Shown here piece after piece: positions 13,656 through 26,009 of a stretch of 64,000 nt of DNA; position 1 is the first letter of the stretch, and the number at the start of each line of letters is the position of its first letter. A program made the translations under genes and the position numbers. This DNA comes from Chiloscyllium plagiosum (taxonomy: Eukaryota), in NCBI RefSeq assembly GCF_004010195.1, contig NC_057719.1, forward strand, positions 12,501,969 to 12,565,968, written 5' to 3'. Under the pieces are notes generated by a model. That model saw only the letters and a program-made list of their open reading frames with translations. It ran no database searches and was not told where the DNA came from.

Positions 13656-15850
13656 CTGACAATCAAGAATAAAAAATACATCAGGACCTTTAGCAAGAAT
13701 CCTACTAATATTCTAGTAACATGCATTATCATTTTGTTTCTGTAAAATTATACAAAAATATTTTTTCAATATTGATTGCTGCTGCTAATCCTTGGGAACC
13801 AGAGTAAAAAGGATCTAAACCTTCACTTGGCTGAAGGGACTGGTTAACCTAGCAGCACTTCAACAATTTTATTGTTAATGCAATACTTTCTTCAAAGAAT
13901 TGGCAAATATGTAGACTGCAAAATATGGAATGTGATTTTGCTGACTGGAAATGTCCTATGGTAATCCATGCTGTGAACTGCTTTAGTTGATCTCACCACA
14001 CTACAGGTGAACCTGGTGTTCCTGGATGAAAGGTCATGGTTGACAGGACCGGGAATATGTGGAGAGTGGTGGATCATGGAGAAGAATGGTAAAACAGGAG
14101 AAAAAGGTTCTTTTTCCTAATCATTATCAATTGACCACAGCCAGAGAGTACAAGGACATGCTTTGAGTCAGGACAGGCTCGGCTCGGCTCTGACGTGCTC
14201 AATAAATCTACTGCCTAAGTTCAGAATGGAAAGGAAAACATTCTTTAGAAATATTAATCGGGGGAGGACGACGACTTTTGGTCCACTATGTCCGTGTCAC
14301 CTTTCAGCATGAGCAACTCACTAAGTCCCACTTGCCACCACTCTACAATTTTCTTCTGTTCAGAAAGTTCTTTAAATTTCTTTTGAAAGCCTCTAGTGAA
14401 TTTGGCATCATCATAATCTCAGGTACCCATTCCAGATCCCAACCATTTTTTGCAAAAACAAAGCATTTCCTCACATTGCTATTCTTTTTGTCAATCACCT
14501 TAAGTCAGTATGGCCTCTGGTTCTTGACCCTTCTGTCAATGTGAACATTTTCTGCTGATTTACTCAGCCCAAATCCCCTATTATCTTGAACATCTCTTTT
14601 CAAATCTCTTGATCCTCTCTAAGGAGAACTGGTCAGCTTCTGCAATCCATCTTCATGGATGAAGTTCCTTAAAATTTGGTAATTCCTTTGAATCTTTCAA
14701 CATAATGTCTTTTCATCCTTTTTAAAATTATGATGCCTAGTTCCAGCTGTGGCAAATGTTTTATATGGGTTCACCAAAACTTCCTTTGCTTTTAAACTGA
14801 ATGGTCAGCACTTCAAGTGTGAACAAGGGAGAGGGTTTGCAATTCTCTGGTCCCCTGGCATGACCTCTGTAATTAAGGAAAATTGGAAGATGATGGCCAG
14901 TGTCCCTACAATTTCCACGTTTAACTCCCTGTTGTACATTTGCAGAACTCTGCAAGCATCTGTGTGACAACAGTGTAGTATGGGTCAGTTAGGTAACTGA
15001 GATTTCGAGAAGATAGAGTAATGATATAGATAAGAATCAAAATGTACATCACTATCTTCATAAGGCATCAAAATTGAGAAGTTTAGATTGTCAATCTTAG
15101 GGGAGGATACATACAACAATAAATATAATTGAAAATCCAAGGTAATACAGCAAACAGCAGGTTAAAGGGTCACTGGTGCAAACTACAAAAAGGACAGAAA
15201 TTCACTAGTCCAATCTGAAATGGACAAACCGGAGAGGAGAAGGTTTGGCTCAATGTAATTAGTGGTCAGGTATTGAGACTCACATGAACCTAACACTTGT
15301 TTTACGTGACTGTCAAGAACTTGAAACATCATCTGACTCAATATTGGATTGGACACATTTCAAACGTCTTTGGGGCAAGAGATGGTAGAGTACAAACTAC
15401 ATTTTCTGTCCCCAGTAGAGGGGTGTAACAAAATTTCCCACAAATGTTTCACTGGTGTCAGGAGGTTTGTCACACAGGAAAGTAACATATGCAATGGATT
15501 TCCAGGTAAGATGAATGAGGCAAAGACAATGAAATAATTTGAGGTTACTGTATGATACCTGATTGATCAAGCACACAGTTGTCTCAATATGCTAATGCAT
15601 TCGTAGCACAACCTAAATTTTTATTAAAGAAGTCAAGCTTAAATATTCAATAATGTGTACAAACATATGGGTCTCAGACAATTGACTCAAAGCCCTTAAT
15701 TGGATTACCTGGATGAACAAAGATGGACAGTTACAATCAACTAGATTTGTTATCAATATTCTACAACAATGTTAGTGCACTCAACAACATTTAATTACCA
15801 TTGGTTTATCTTCAATGCAAAAATTGTCGAGTTAGTATTATGTAACATAC

Positions 15851-15930
15851 CTGTGGGTGTACAGCTTGTAGAAATTGTTAAACATTTCAAAGGAACTGAT
15901 ATAATCTTTAGGCGCAGCATGAAGTGTACT
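15851..15930 (-). CDS. ENTPD5: ENTPD5 coding exon 7
   Basis: ttttaatcttgcag|AGTACA...CCCACAG|gtatgt; 80 nt; STLHAAPKDYISSFEMFNNFYKLYTH(S). Confidence 0.96.
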
Positions 15931-15988
15931 CTGCAAGATTAAAACAAAAATGTCAGCTCAATGCAAACTTAAATATACATATTCCCTT

Positions 15989-16815
15989 GTCATAGAGACA
16001 GAGATGTACAGCACAGAAACAGACCCTTTGGTTCAACTCATCCATGCTGACCAAATATCCTAAATTAATCTCATCCCATTTGCCAGCATTTGGCCCATAT
16101 CCCTCTAAATCCTTCCTATTCATATACCATTGTTTTGCCTTTTAAATGTTGTAATTGTATAAGCCTCCACCATTTCCTCTGGCAACTCATTCCATATACG
16201 CACCACACTACGTATGAAGAAGTTGTCCCTTAGTTCCTTTTTAAATCTTTGCCCTCTCACCCTAAACCTATACCCCCTAGTTTTGGACTCCCCCAACCCA
16301 GGGAAAAGATCTTATCTTTTTACCCTAACTGTGCCCCTCATGATTTTATAAACCTCTATAAGGTCATGCCACAATCTCCTGTAATCCAGGGAAAGCAGCC
16401 CCAGCCTGTTCAGCCTCTCCCTATAGCTCAAACCCTCCAACCCTGGTAACATCCTTGTAAATCTTCTCTGAACCCGTTCAAATTTCCGATAGGAGAGAGA
16501 CCAGAATTGAACACAATATTCCAAAAGTGACCTAACTAATGTCCTGTACAGCTGCAACATGACCTTCCAACTCCTATACTCAATGCTCTGACCAATAAAT
16601 GAAAGCATACCAAACATCTTCTTCACTATCCTATTGACCTGTGAGTTCACTTTCAAGGAACTATGAACCTGCACTCCAAGGTCTCTTTGTTCAGCAACAC
16701 TCCCTAGGACCTTACCATTAAGTGTACAAGCCCTGCATTGATTTGCTTTTCCAAAATGCAGCACCTCACATTTATCTAAATTAAACTCCATCTGCCACTC
16801 CTCTGCCCATTCCTC
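15989..16815 (-). mobile_element. CR1 LINE 3' fragment
   Basis: 175-aa ORF WAEEWQMEFNLDKCEVLHFG...LEYCVQFWS...VQRRFTRMLPGL. Confidence 0.92.
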
Positions 16816-17365
16816 TTTGGGGCAATACTTATTTAACAAAGGTTGAGGAGTCTGTGTAAATATCTGTTGAACTCATGCCCACGAGAAATAGACTGGACTT
16901 GATTAAAAACTAGACACTAGACTAATAGCCGGAATAATACCTGCTTATGAGGAAAGGCTAGACAGGCTAGGTACGTACCCTCTGGAGTTTAAAAAACTCA
17001 GCGGTGACTTAATTGAAACATACAAGATCCTGAGGGGATTGACTGGGTGATTGATGAAAGGGATTCTATTGTGGGAGAATCCATAAATACAGGTCACTGT
17101 TTAAAAATAATGCGCTGCTCATTTAAAGCAGAGGGTTGAAAGTACAGAATTTCGTTCCTCAAAAGGCAGTGGATGCAGAATTGTTAAGTATTTTTATGGC
17201 AGAGGAAGATAGATTCTTGATTACCAAGAGGACGAAAGAAGATCAGGGGCATGGGGAAAAATATTGAGTATCAGTTACCTCACAACAATTCATTCAATTA
17301 GGAAGGGCATGAATATGGCCGATAAAAGTCTTAAGAGGGGGTAAATGATAATATTTGAAAGGGCT

Positions 17366-17920
17366 TGGGAGGTTGTGGCTGTACAGGACATTAGTTAGGC
17401 CACTTTTGGAATATTACGTGCAATTCTGGTCTCCTTCCTATCGGAAGGATGTTGTGAAACTTGAAAGGGTTCAGAAAAGATTTACAAGGATTTTGCCAGG
17501 GTTGGAGTATTTGAGCTATAGGGAGAAGTTGAACAGGCTAGGGCTGTTTTCCCTGGAGTGTCGGAGGCTGAGGTGGTGACCTTATAGAGGCTTATAAAAT
17601 CATGAGAGGCATGGATCAGATAAATAGACAAAATCTTTTCCCTGGGTGAGAGGGGAAAGATATAAAAGAGACCCAAGAGACAAATTTTTCATGCAGAGGG
17701 TTCCAGTATGGAACGAGCTGTCAGAGGAAGTGTTGGAGGCTAGTACAATTGCAACATTTAAAAGGCATCTGGATGGGTATATGAATAGGAAGGGTTTGGA
17801 GGGATACAGGCCAGGTGCTGGCAGGTGAGACTAGATTAGGTTGGGATATCTGGTCGGCATGGACGAGTTGGATAAAAACATTCTGTTTCCCTGCTGTTCA
17901 TCTCTATGACTCCATGACTA
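17366..17920 (+). mobile_element. CR1 LINE 3' fragment
   Basis: LYRTLVRPLLEYYVQFWSPSYRKDV; tail CATCTCTATGACTCCATGAC. Confidence 0.9.
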
Positions 17921-18164
17921 GCGAACTTAATTTAAATAAGTCAAATTTATATAATTTATTCCCATTTGATTGAATTAACTAAGAAAGATTTTATAATTAC
18001 ATTGAATCCACAGATAAAATGCTGAAAGAGCAGAAAGCAGGCCAGGCAGCTAAATGTATGTGTGACTGAACTGAAAATAACTTATGAGTTCTTATCAGTA
18101 GCTTGAATGCCTAGTGACCTTGGTACTACCCTGAGCTGCTCATCAATATAATGTAGTAACTTGG

Positions 18165-18295
18165 AGGTAATGAGGACTGCAGATGCTAAAAAGTCAGAGT
18201 CAATAAAATGGGGAGCTGAAGAAAAGTACAGCAGGTTAAGCAGCTTCAAAAGAGCAGGACTGTCAATGCTTCGAGCAGGACCCTTCATCAGGAGA
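18165..18295 (-). mobile_element. Diverged Penelope-terminus copy
   Basis: GAGGACTGCAGATGCT tail; minus-strand CTGATGAAGGGTCCTGCTCGAAGC degenerate hammerhead. Confidence 0.6.
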
Positions 18296-18659
18296 TTATG
18301 AAGATCCAGTCTGGAGCATTTTATTGACTCAATATATTGTTGTAGACAAAGTTGGCCTCTCAAGGCTACAAGATTAACACCAAACAGAGGCTCCAGAGGA
18401 GAGATAAAAATGCATCTGAGAGTGGTAGATAAGACCAGGAGTACCTGACACCCTGCAGCAAGGTATTTTGATTAATATAAGTCTAAACAGACCATGCTAG
18501 AATTCAAGTAATGTAAGGCCTACTGCTTCTCAATGTTTAAATATCTGATAAATTCCTGATTAAGCAGGGTCTTGCTTCATAATCTGAGGTAGAGCTCTCC
18601 TAATATGTTGGCAAAATTGACAATTGTAACCTGTACCTGAGACTCCTGAGATTATTTTA

Positions 18660-19553
18660 TACAATAATTTACCACAACAGAGGATAGTATCCTGTCACCA
18701 AGTCACTCTTTATTTGCACATAGAAAGTCCTTGACACTGATCCAGCTTCCTCAGAGCTAGCTCTCAGAATGAATAGAACCTCAACACTCCTCCTACATCT
18801 TTCAGCCATGGCCCCCTGATTGGACAGATTAATAGTCCCAATTAGGGACTTGTATTCTATGAGGCCCACCTGGCTGACCTCAATACAATCATTACATCTC
18901 TCCCCCTAACCCCTGGTCTGAGGACATTGGCCGATTCTTTTCTTTGTAGCTCCTCCTGGGACAATATAGAACCAGATCAGGTTTCTCCAACTCTGACTCT
19001 GATACAGGCAGCATGAAACACACAGTAGCTCATCTCTTGTGTCTGGAGCATCTTGGAAGAAATTCATTCTCTTCTTCAGGCAGCAAAGGCATTGAGGCGG
19101 CAATATCTGCCTTGTCCATCTCAGATTCTAAAGTACCTTCAACGCTTGATGGAGAAGAGAACCTACAGGTTTCGGAACAGTCCCAAACACTATCAAGGAG
19201 CCAGGTACATTTTGCTCCTGCACCATTTGAGAGTTTGCAACTTTCATATGATCCATGTGCCTGTTCAGGACATTCACACCTATACCCAAATGTCACACAT
19301 CACAGGACCTGACCTCATGTCGACCATTCCTCTTACCCATGCAGAACCATTCCCATGGTTCCTCCATTAAAAACTTTATCCCCTGAAGTAAACTCTCTCA
19401 CTTAGCGGAGTCCTGTTTCCAGCACTGACATTCCATCCAGGTCTGGGAAGATCAGATCTAACCTGGTGTGGAGTCTTCTCCCCATCTGTTGGAACCATCC
19501 CTGCAGTTGCAGAGTGGTCCTGTCATCAAGTATGAACTGAGACAGTTTGGTAT
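18660..19553 (-). mobile_element. Older Gypsy element (K02A2.6-type integrase 3' half, PPT and short LTR ~18660-18896)
   Basis: Minus strand reads TKLSQFILDDRTT...GRRLHTRLDLIFPDL (integrase C-terminal core); purine tract 18897-18907 abuts an LTR end (...CATTACA on plus). Confidence 0.75.
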
Positions 19554-20571
19554 TGTTATGACACGGGATAAGATCTCCTGCTTAATTTAAAACCAGCAAC
19601 ACAGAAAAGATTTATCCCGTGCAGTAATCTGTAAAATTTGAGTGGCCAAGAACTATGCAAAGTAAAAATTAACAACTTTATTTCTTAAAGTATAACAGAA
19701 TAATTAACTAACCAGTATTTACAATTTCTTTCTCTAACAGATTTTTCACTTTCCCTTCTATAATACTAGTCTGATAAAACTCCCAATTAAGATTTACAAA
19801 ACACTTCTGATCTCAAAACCAGGCAGCTGTAGGTTCTTGTCTTCAGATCTTTGTGTCTTCTTTTCTCTTTGTTAGGAATTTCTGCATCACAGGTTACTGA
19901 TCGAAAATGTACTTTTAAGAGAGATATTCTTCCAAGCAGTCTGTTACAATGCTAGGACTTGATAGTTCTTCTCTCAACTGTTCAATATTCCCCTGGTTTT
20001 ATACTCCAGAGCAGATTAGATTAGATTCCCTACAGTGTGAAAACAGGCCCTTCGGCCCGACACGTCCACACTGTCCCTCCGAAGAGTAACCCACCCAGAC
20101 CCATTTCCCTCTGACTGATGCACCTAACACTATGGGTAATTTAGCATGGCCAATTCACCTGACCTGCATATCTTTGGACTGTGGGAGGAAACCGGAGCAC
20201 CTGGAGGAAACCCACGCAGACACGGGGAGAATGTGCAAACTCCACACAGATAGTCACCCAAGGCTGGAATTGAACCCAGGTCTTTGGAGCTGTGAGGCTG
20301 CAGTGCTAACCACTGAGCCACTGTGCTGCGTCATTGGCTTTTACGATTGTCAATGTACTCAATTCAAACTGGGTTGGAAATTGGTTTTCTTTTTTGGGGT
20401 ATAGTTTAAACTGATTGGCCGAATCTGAATTTGTTTTTGTCTCCAGGCAACAAATTAATTAAGTTGGTCGACCAGGTATTACATTGTTGCCTTATTGAGA
20501 AGACTTACTGCTGTGTCCAGTAGTTCTGCTGCTTTTAACTCTCTTAAAGGTACACCCACATCTTCATAACA
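19554..20571 (-). repeat. 3' LTR of the Gmr1-like element (interrupted by a SINE)
   Basis: Terminal inverted repeats TGTTATG...CATAACA; polypurine tract (minus-strand AAGGGGGGAGA) directly adjacent at 20572-20582; collinear with 25362-25857. Confidence 0.92.
20013..20328 (-). mobile_element. HE1-like V-SINE inserted in the 3' LTR
   Basis: tRNA-like head (GTGGCTCAGTGGTTAGC...GGGTTCAATTCC), V-domain (TGTGTGGAGTTTGCACATTCTCCCCGTGTCTGCGTGGGTTTCCTCC), CR1-like tail ending in (CTAAT)n; absent from the other LTR. Confidence 0.88.
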
Positions 20572-22795
20572 TCTCCCCCCTTAAGAAAAAATGATCCATC
20601 ATGATGAAAAGATGGCTTCTTTTTTTCCTACCATTTAAACACATTACCCTAACATACCAATAACGTTCATATAAGTTCACCTTAACGTCTTCCCATATAC
20701 CTATATATATTCATAAAACATTAAATAAAGACAAATCTCATCTAAACTCAGTTAAATCCACAATAATGCATCTGCGATTACATTCTTATGACCCACAACA
20801 TTTATGATGTTTAAATTAAAAGTCTGTAACATTAGACTCCAATGAAATAGTCTCAAATTCTTATCTTTAAAATGTTCTAAGAATGTAAGCGGATTGTGGT
20901 CTGTGTACACAATTGTCTCCGACACATTGTTCTTGATATACACATTAAAATGCTCTAAGGTCAGTACCAAATTCAATAGTTCAATCCCATTCTCATCCTC
21001 ATGTAGGAGTACAGCCTCAACTCCAATGTCACTAGCATCAATGGTAACTTTAAAAGGTTTTGAAAAGTTTGGTGTAGCTAACTGGTTTGGTGGTTAATAT
21101 CGATTTCAAATGGTCAAATATTTCCTGGCAAATATTTAATGGTGCTACTACACTGCTGAAGTTTGGAATAGACTTCTGATAGAATCTACTGAGTCCTAAA
21201 AATTGAAATACCTCTTTCTTCAAGGTTGGTCGTGGAAACTCCTCAATAGCCTTTGTCTTTGCATTCTGTCGGGTCAACTATCCATGACCGATGTTATGTC
21301 CCAAGAACGTCATCTCTGCTTTCGCGAATTCCATTATTTAAGTTTATCACCAGTTTTGCTTCTCGTAGTCATTCAAAGAGCTCTGCCAACTGTACCATGT
21401 GATCTTTCCAGGACTTACTAAAGATCACTACATAATCCAAATAGACTGCACATTTTGTTATACCAGCCACTACTCTGTTCATGAGTCTTTGGAATGTGGC
21501 ATCACTTTAAGCTGATATAGCCCATTTGGGGTTACAAACGCAGAAATTTCTTGCACCGTCTGTGATAAAGGTACCTGCCAGTAACCACACATTAAGTCCA
21601 ACTTGGTGATACAACTGGCTTGTCCGACTTTCTCGATTCAGTCCTCCAATCTAGGAATTGGATAGCATTCCGATTTTGTAATGGCTTTGACCTTCCAATA
21701 ATCCATGCAGAATCGTCGAGTGCCGTCCGGGTTTGGGAACTAAGACGATCGGCGAACTCCATGTGCTGGCTTGGGTCAATGATGTTCTCGTCGATCATGG
21801 CCTCCACCTCCATCTGGACCTGTCTGGCTTTGAAAGGATTAAGCTGATAGGGGTGTTGTTTTATCGGGCCAATATTCTCTACGTCTACTTCATGTACAAT
21901 AGCATTAGTCCTCCCCATCTGATTCTTACATATGTTTTTATACTGCAGTAACAAATCTTTCAACTTTGTTCTATGCACCTGAGACTGATAGCTTACCAAT
22001 CTATTCCACTCCTCAAGGACTTTTCCATTTTTAAATCTATTTGAGACACCTCAAAATCTATATCATTTGGATTGGATTCCTCACTCTGCGTGGCAGTAAC
22101 TAACTTGTTCCTCCAGTTCTTTCTCTCTAGTATAATACGGTTTCAACATGTTCGCGTGACATACCAGATACCTTTTTTTCCCCCTATCTGGCATCTTTAC
22201 TAAGTAGTTCACCTGACTCAGTTTTTTCTCAATTTGATAGGGACCAGTAAACCTGACTTTGAAGGAATCCCCTATCATTGGTAACAGCACTAACATGTTA
22301 TCCCTTTGGGAAAACTTCCAAGTCTCAGTTTTTATCTGCCACCTGCTTCATTCTACACTGAGTCCTCTTTAGGTGCTGTTTAGCTAACTCACCTACTCAG
22401 TTTAATCTCTCCTCCACCTCCGATACATAATCTAATTGTGAGATCTTTGACTTTGATCCTGTCAATTTTTCTTTAATTAATTTCAAAGGGCCTCTCACTT
22501 CATGACTGAATATTAACTCTAAAGGAGTAAACTGAGTAGATTCATTTGGGGCATCTCTAATGACAAACAATATGAATGGGATACCTTTATCCCAATCATT
22601 CGGGTAATCCCGACAGTATGCTCTTAATATGGGCTTCAAGGTCTGATGCCACCTTTCTAAAGCTCCCTGGGATTCAGGATGATACGCACTGGATTTAAAG
22701 AGCTGTATATCTAAGCTATCCGTAATCTCCTTAAACAGCCCAGCAGTAAAATTTGGTCCGACTGAATCTCTCTGGGTAGCCCATACTGTATGAAG

Positions 22796-22901
22796 CTTAA
22801 AAATGTGTTGCTGGAAAAGCGCAACAGGTCAGGCAGCATCCAAGGAGGAGAATTGACGTTTCGGGCAAAAGCCCTTCCCGAATCTGCAGTCCTCACTTTC
22901 T
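22796..22901. mobile_element. Short, internally inverted Penelope-terminus insertion in the Gmr1 integrase
   Basis: TSD ccatactgtatgaag (22781-22795) / ccatactctgtgaag (22902-22916); partial hammerhead on the minus strand. Confidence 0.78.
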
Positions 22902-25332
22902 CCATACTCTGTGAAGAAAGCTACTAACTCCTCTACCACCTTTTTTGCCTTGATACTCTGTAATGGAATTGCCTCGGGAAATCTGGTAGACACATCCATT
23001 ATGGTTAACAAGTACTGGTTCCCACTTTTAGTTCTTGGGAGGGCATGTGCGAACGATTCTTCAAATGTGGGAATTGGCAACAAAGGGGCTGGTTTTATTA
23101 CAGCCTGTGGCTTACCTACCATTTTGCATGTATGACACGTACAGCAAAAGTTAACCACATCCTTGTGCATTCCTGGCCAATAAAAATGTTTTTGTACCTT
23201 AGCCGGAGTCTTTTGTAACCCTCGATGACCTCCTACAGGTAGTTCATGTGCTGCCCATAACACTTCCTGTCTGTATGTACCCAGCAACACATTCTGGTAC
23301 ATTTCAGTTCATTTCTCCTCTGCACTAACCTGCCGTGGACTCCATTTCCATCTAAGGATTTTATCTTTCAGATAATAACCCTCTGGAATATTCTCTGTTT
23401 CCTTTTCAGAGTATGCATCCTCATATATATCTTTTATCAACTTGTCTTTGCTGTTGCAAATTTCTTAGCCTTTCAGGACTAAACACTTCTGTCTGATCCT
23501 CTGCCCGTTCAGGTTTTTCCTGCTTCATTACATCAAACAGGGTATCCATTAACTGAACCTCAACTCCTTCATCTTTGTCTTTACCTTTCACTTCGTGCTG
23601 TGACTTATGATAGTGGGATCTGGTTACCACACAGTCTGGGAAAATACCAGATACTTCTGTTGTAACTCCTCAGTTTCTTGGTCTTCCTTAGGCTTCTCCA
23701 CAACAAGGGGTGTCACTCTCACCTTGGATCCTGCCAAATCATTCCCAAGAACAAACTGAATTCCTGGAACTGACACTCTGTCAATCACTCCCACTGTAAT
23801 TTCCCCAGTCTTAAGTTGGCACTCCAACCTGATCTTACATAGGGGAACACTAGAATTCTGTCCATCTATTCCATACATTACAACACTCTCGGGTAACAGA
23901 TCAGAAAGAGTGCATATTTGCTCAGCCCTTACTGTTAGCAACTGATTAGATGCTGTATCTCTCAAAATTATAACTTCTTGTCCTTCTCCCCCTGTTCTTT
24001 CGGAATATACTTTACCCATAGAGGCGAATTCTTTGTAGAGATCAGGTATTAACTCCAAACCCAACCCCTGCCTAAGCTGTATACTCTCCTCAGCTCCTTG
24101 GCTTTTCTTCAGATCTCTTTTACTACCTTCACTAATGTGAATGGCTTAGCTTCTTTTACCAGATCTTTTCTCACAGTGCCTTTCTTTAACGACAAGCATT
24201 GTGTCTTTACATGTCCCACCTTACCACAGTGGAAACACCTGAGGCCTTTCACCTCCTTTCCACCCTCTTGAGCTTCTTTGTTATCCTACTGTAAAATCTT
24301 ACCAGTGCTCTGTACTCTTGGTTTAGTAGTGTAGGATCTCCCCTTCTCCCCACTTCTATCCCTCACAGGATGAAATTCTGGCCGGAAGCTTGTCTTATGC
24401 ACCAGCATGTACTCATCTGCTAATTCTGTTGCCCTCCTCACTTCCTGAACATTTTGTTCCTCCATGTGAATTCTTACCATCTCTGGAAGTAAGTTTTAAA
24501 CTCCTACATCAGAATAATCTCTCTGAGAGCCTCAAAGGTCCTATCTATTTTCAAAGCACGCACACATTGATCAAAATGACTGTGTTCAATTCTTTCAAAC
24601 TCAACTTAAGTCTGACCTGGTTCTTTCTTTGTGTTTCTGAACCACCGTCTATATGATTTGGAGATGCTGGATAATTCATAAGCACTTAACATAGCCTGTT
24701 AAATCTCTTCATAATCTCTTGACATCTCATGTGACAATGCAGCAAATACCCCACTAGCTCTGTCTACCAATTTAGTCTGAACTAGCATTACCCATAAATC
24801 CTTGGACCACTCCATCTGCGTAGTCAATTTTTCAAATGAAATAAAGAAGGCTTCAATATCCTTCTCATCAAAATGTGGCAGAGTTTTGACGTATTTATAT
24901 ATATCACTACCTTCTCTTCTAATCTCCATTCTGTTAACTTGACTTTGTTGACTAAGTCGCAACTTCTCAAGTTCAAATTCTCCATCTCTCTATCTTTGCT
25001 CAGCCAACAACCTTCTGTCGCTATTCTTCTTCTCTCTCTTCTTTTCTTCTCTCTCAGTTTATCTTCTAACTCCATTTTCCTCAATTGTAATTTAGGTTTT
25101 TCTACCTGTACTGCACTTGTCTGTTTCTCTGACACACCCAAGTGTTTGAGTAACCCCATTATAATTTCAGCTTTACTTTTGCACTTTTAATTTAATCAAC
25201 CACAAGCCCCCAAAATTAAACAAATTATCTCACCTGCGTTTTATTTAAAGATCTAGGACACTAACCTGCAAGTGTTTTAATCTGCTGGGATTTTTTTGTA
25301 CCCCCAAATCTATTCAAATCTGTCTAAATTCA

Positions 25333-25358
25333 GTTCAAATCATGGACCTGGGCCTCCA
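25333..25358 (-). other. Degenerate primer-binding site, tRNA-Pro type
   Basis: Minus strand TGGAGGCCCAGGTCCATGATTTGAAC, 3 nt inside the 5' LTR, versus the tRNA-Pro 3' complement TGGGGGCTCGTCCGGGATTTGAAC. Confidence 0.65.
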
Positions 25359-25361
25359 AAT

Positions 25362-25857
25362 TGGTATGACACGGAGTAAACTCTCCTGCTTAATTTAAAA
25401 CCAGCAACACAGAAAAGATTTATCCCTTGCAGTAATCTGTAAAATTTCAGTGGCCAAGAATTATGCAAAATAAAAATTAACAATTTTATTCCTTAAAGTA
25501 TAACAGAGAATAATTAACTAACCACTATTTACAATTTCTTTCTCTAACCCATCTTTTACCTTCTCTTCTATTCTACTAGTCTGATAAAAGTCCCAATTAA
25601 GATTTACAAAACAACACTTCTGATCTCAAAACCAGGCAGCTTTGGTTCTTGTTTTCGGATCTTCCTGTATCTTCTTTTCTCCTTGTTAGGAATTTCTGCA
25701 TCATCTGCTAATTCTGATTAAAAAGGTTACTGATCAAAAAGGTACTTTTAAGAGAGATACTTTTCCAAACAGTCTGATATATGCTAGGACTTGGCAGTTC
25801 TCCTCTCAACTGTTCAATATTCCCTTGGTCTTATACCTCAGAGCATTGGATTGTGTC
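25362..25857 (-). repeat. 5' LTR of the Gmr1-like element, outer ~240 bp missing
   Basis: Starts tggtatgacacgg... and aligns with 19554-20012; similarity stops at ~25857. Confidence 0.88.
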
Positions 25858-25997
25858 TGTGACCAACACTTCCAGGGGTCTGTGTGTTGCAAAAGATATG
25901 CACAATCTTTCTATCGTCAGGCCCGTTTGACAAATGAATTCTGCACTTTGAGTGGGAGTCCACAATGACTAAGAATACTGAACCCCTGAAAGGACGT
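25858..25997 (-). mobile_element. Upstream part of the same older Gypsy integrase
   Basis: Minus strand reads PFRGSVFLVIVDSHSK ... TIERLCISFATHRPLEVLVT, matching the GPF..FLV.VD.HSKW and FATHGLPE.LVTDNG integrase motifs. Confidence 0.75.
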
Positions 25998-26009
25998 GCA
26001 CTGTTAACG

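Larger units (their letters stand above)
19554..25857 (-). mobile_element. Gmr1-like Ty3/Gypsy LTR retrotransposon, near full length, decayed (gag-ZnK-PR-IN-RT-RH)
   Basis: Paired LTRs. Gag (PHFDEKDIEAFFISFEK, ~24700-25150); CCHC knuckle CFHCGKVGHVKTQC 24196-24237; protease LRDTA ~23950; integrase HHCC and TIMDVSTRFPEA 22400-23300; RT with YLDY (mutated YLDD) 21433-21444; RNase H (DAS..., YTDHNPL, NVIADAL) 20752-21050. Many frameshifts and stops. Confidence 0.92.

Noticed and set aside
19013..19370. Overlapping ORFs of 88-105 aa
   Set aside because: Low-complexity tail of a decayed Gypsy integrase and its antisense frames.
20255..20328. tRNA-like sequence with A and B boxes
   Set aside because: It is the head of a V-SINE, not a tRNA gene.
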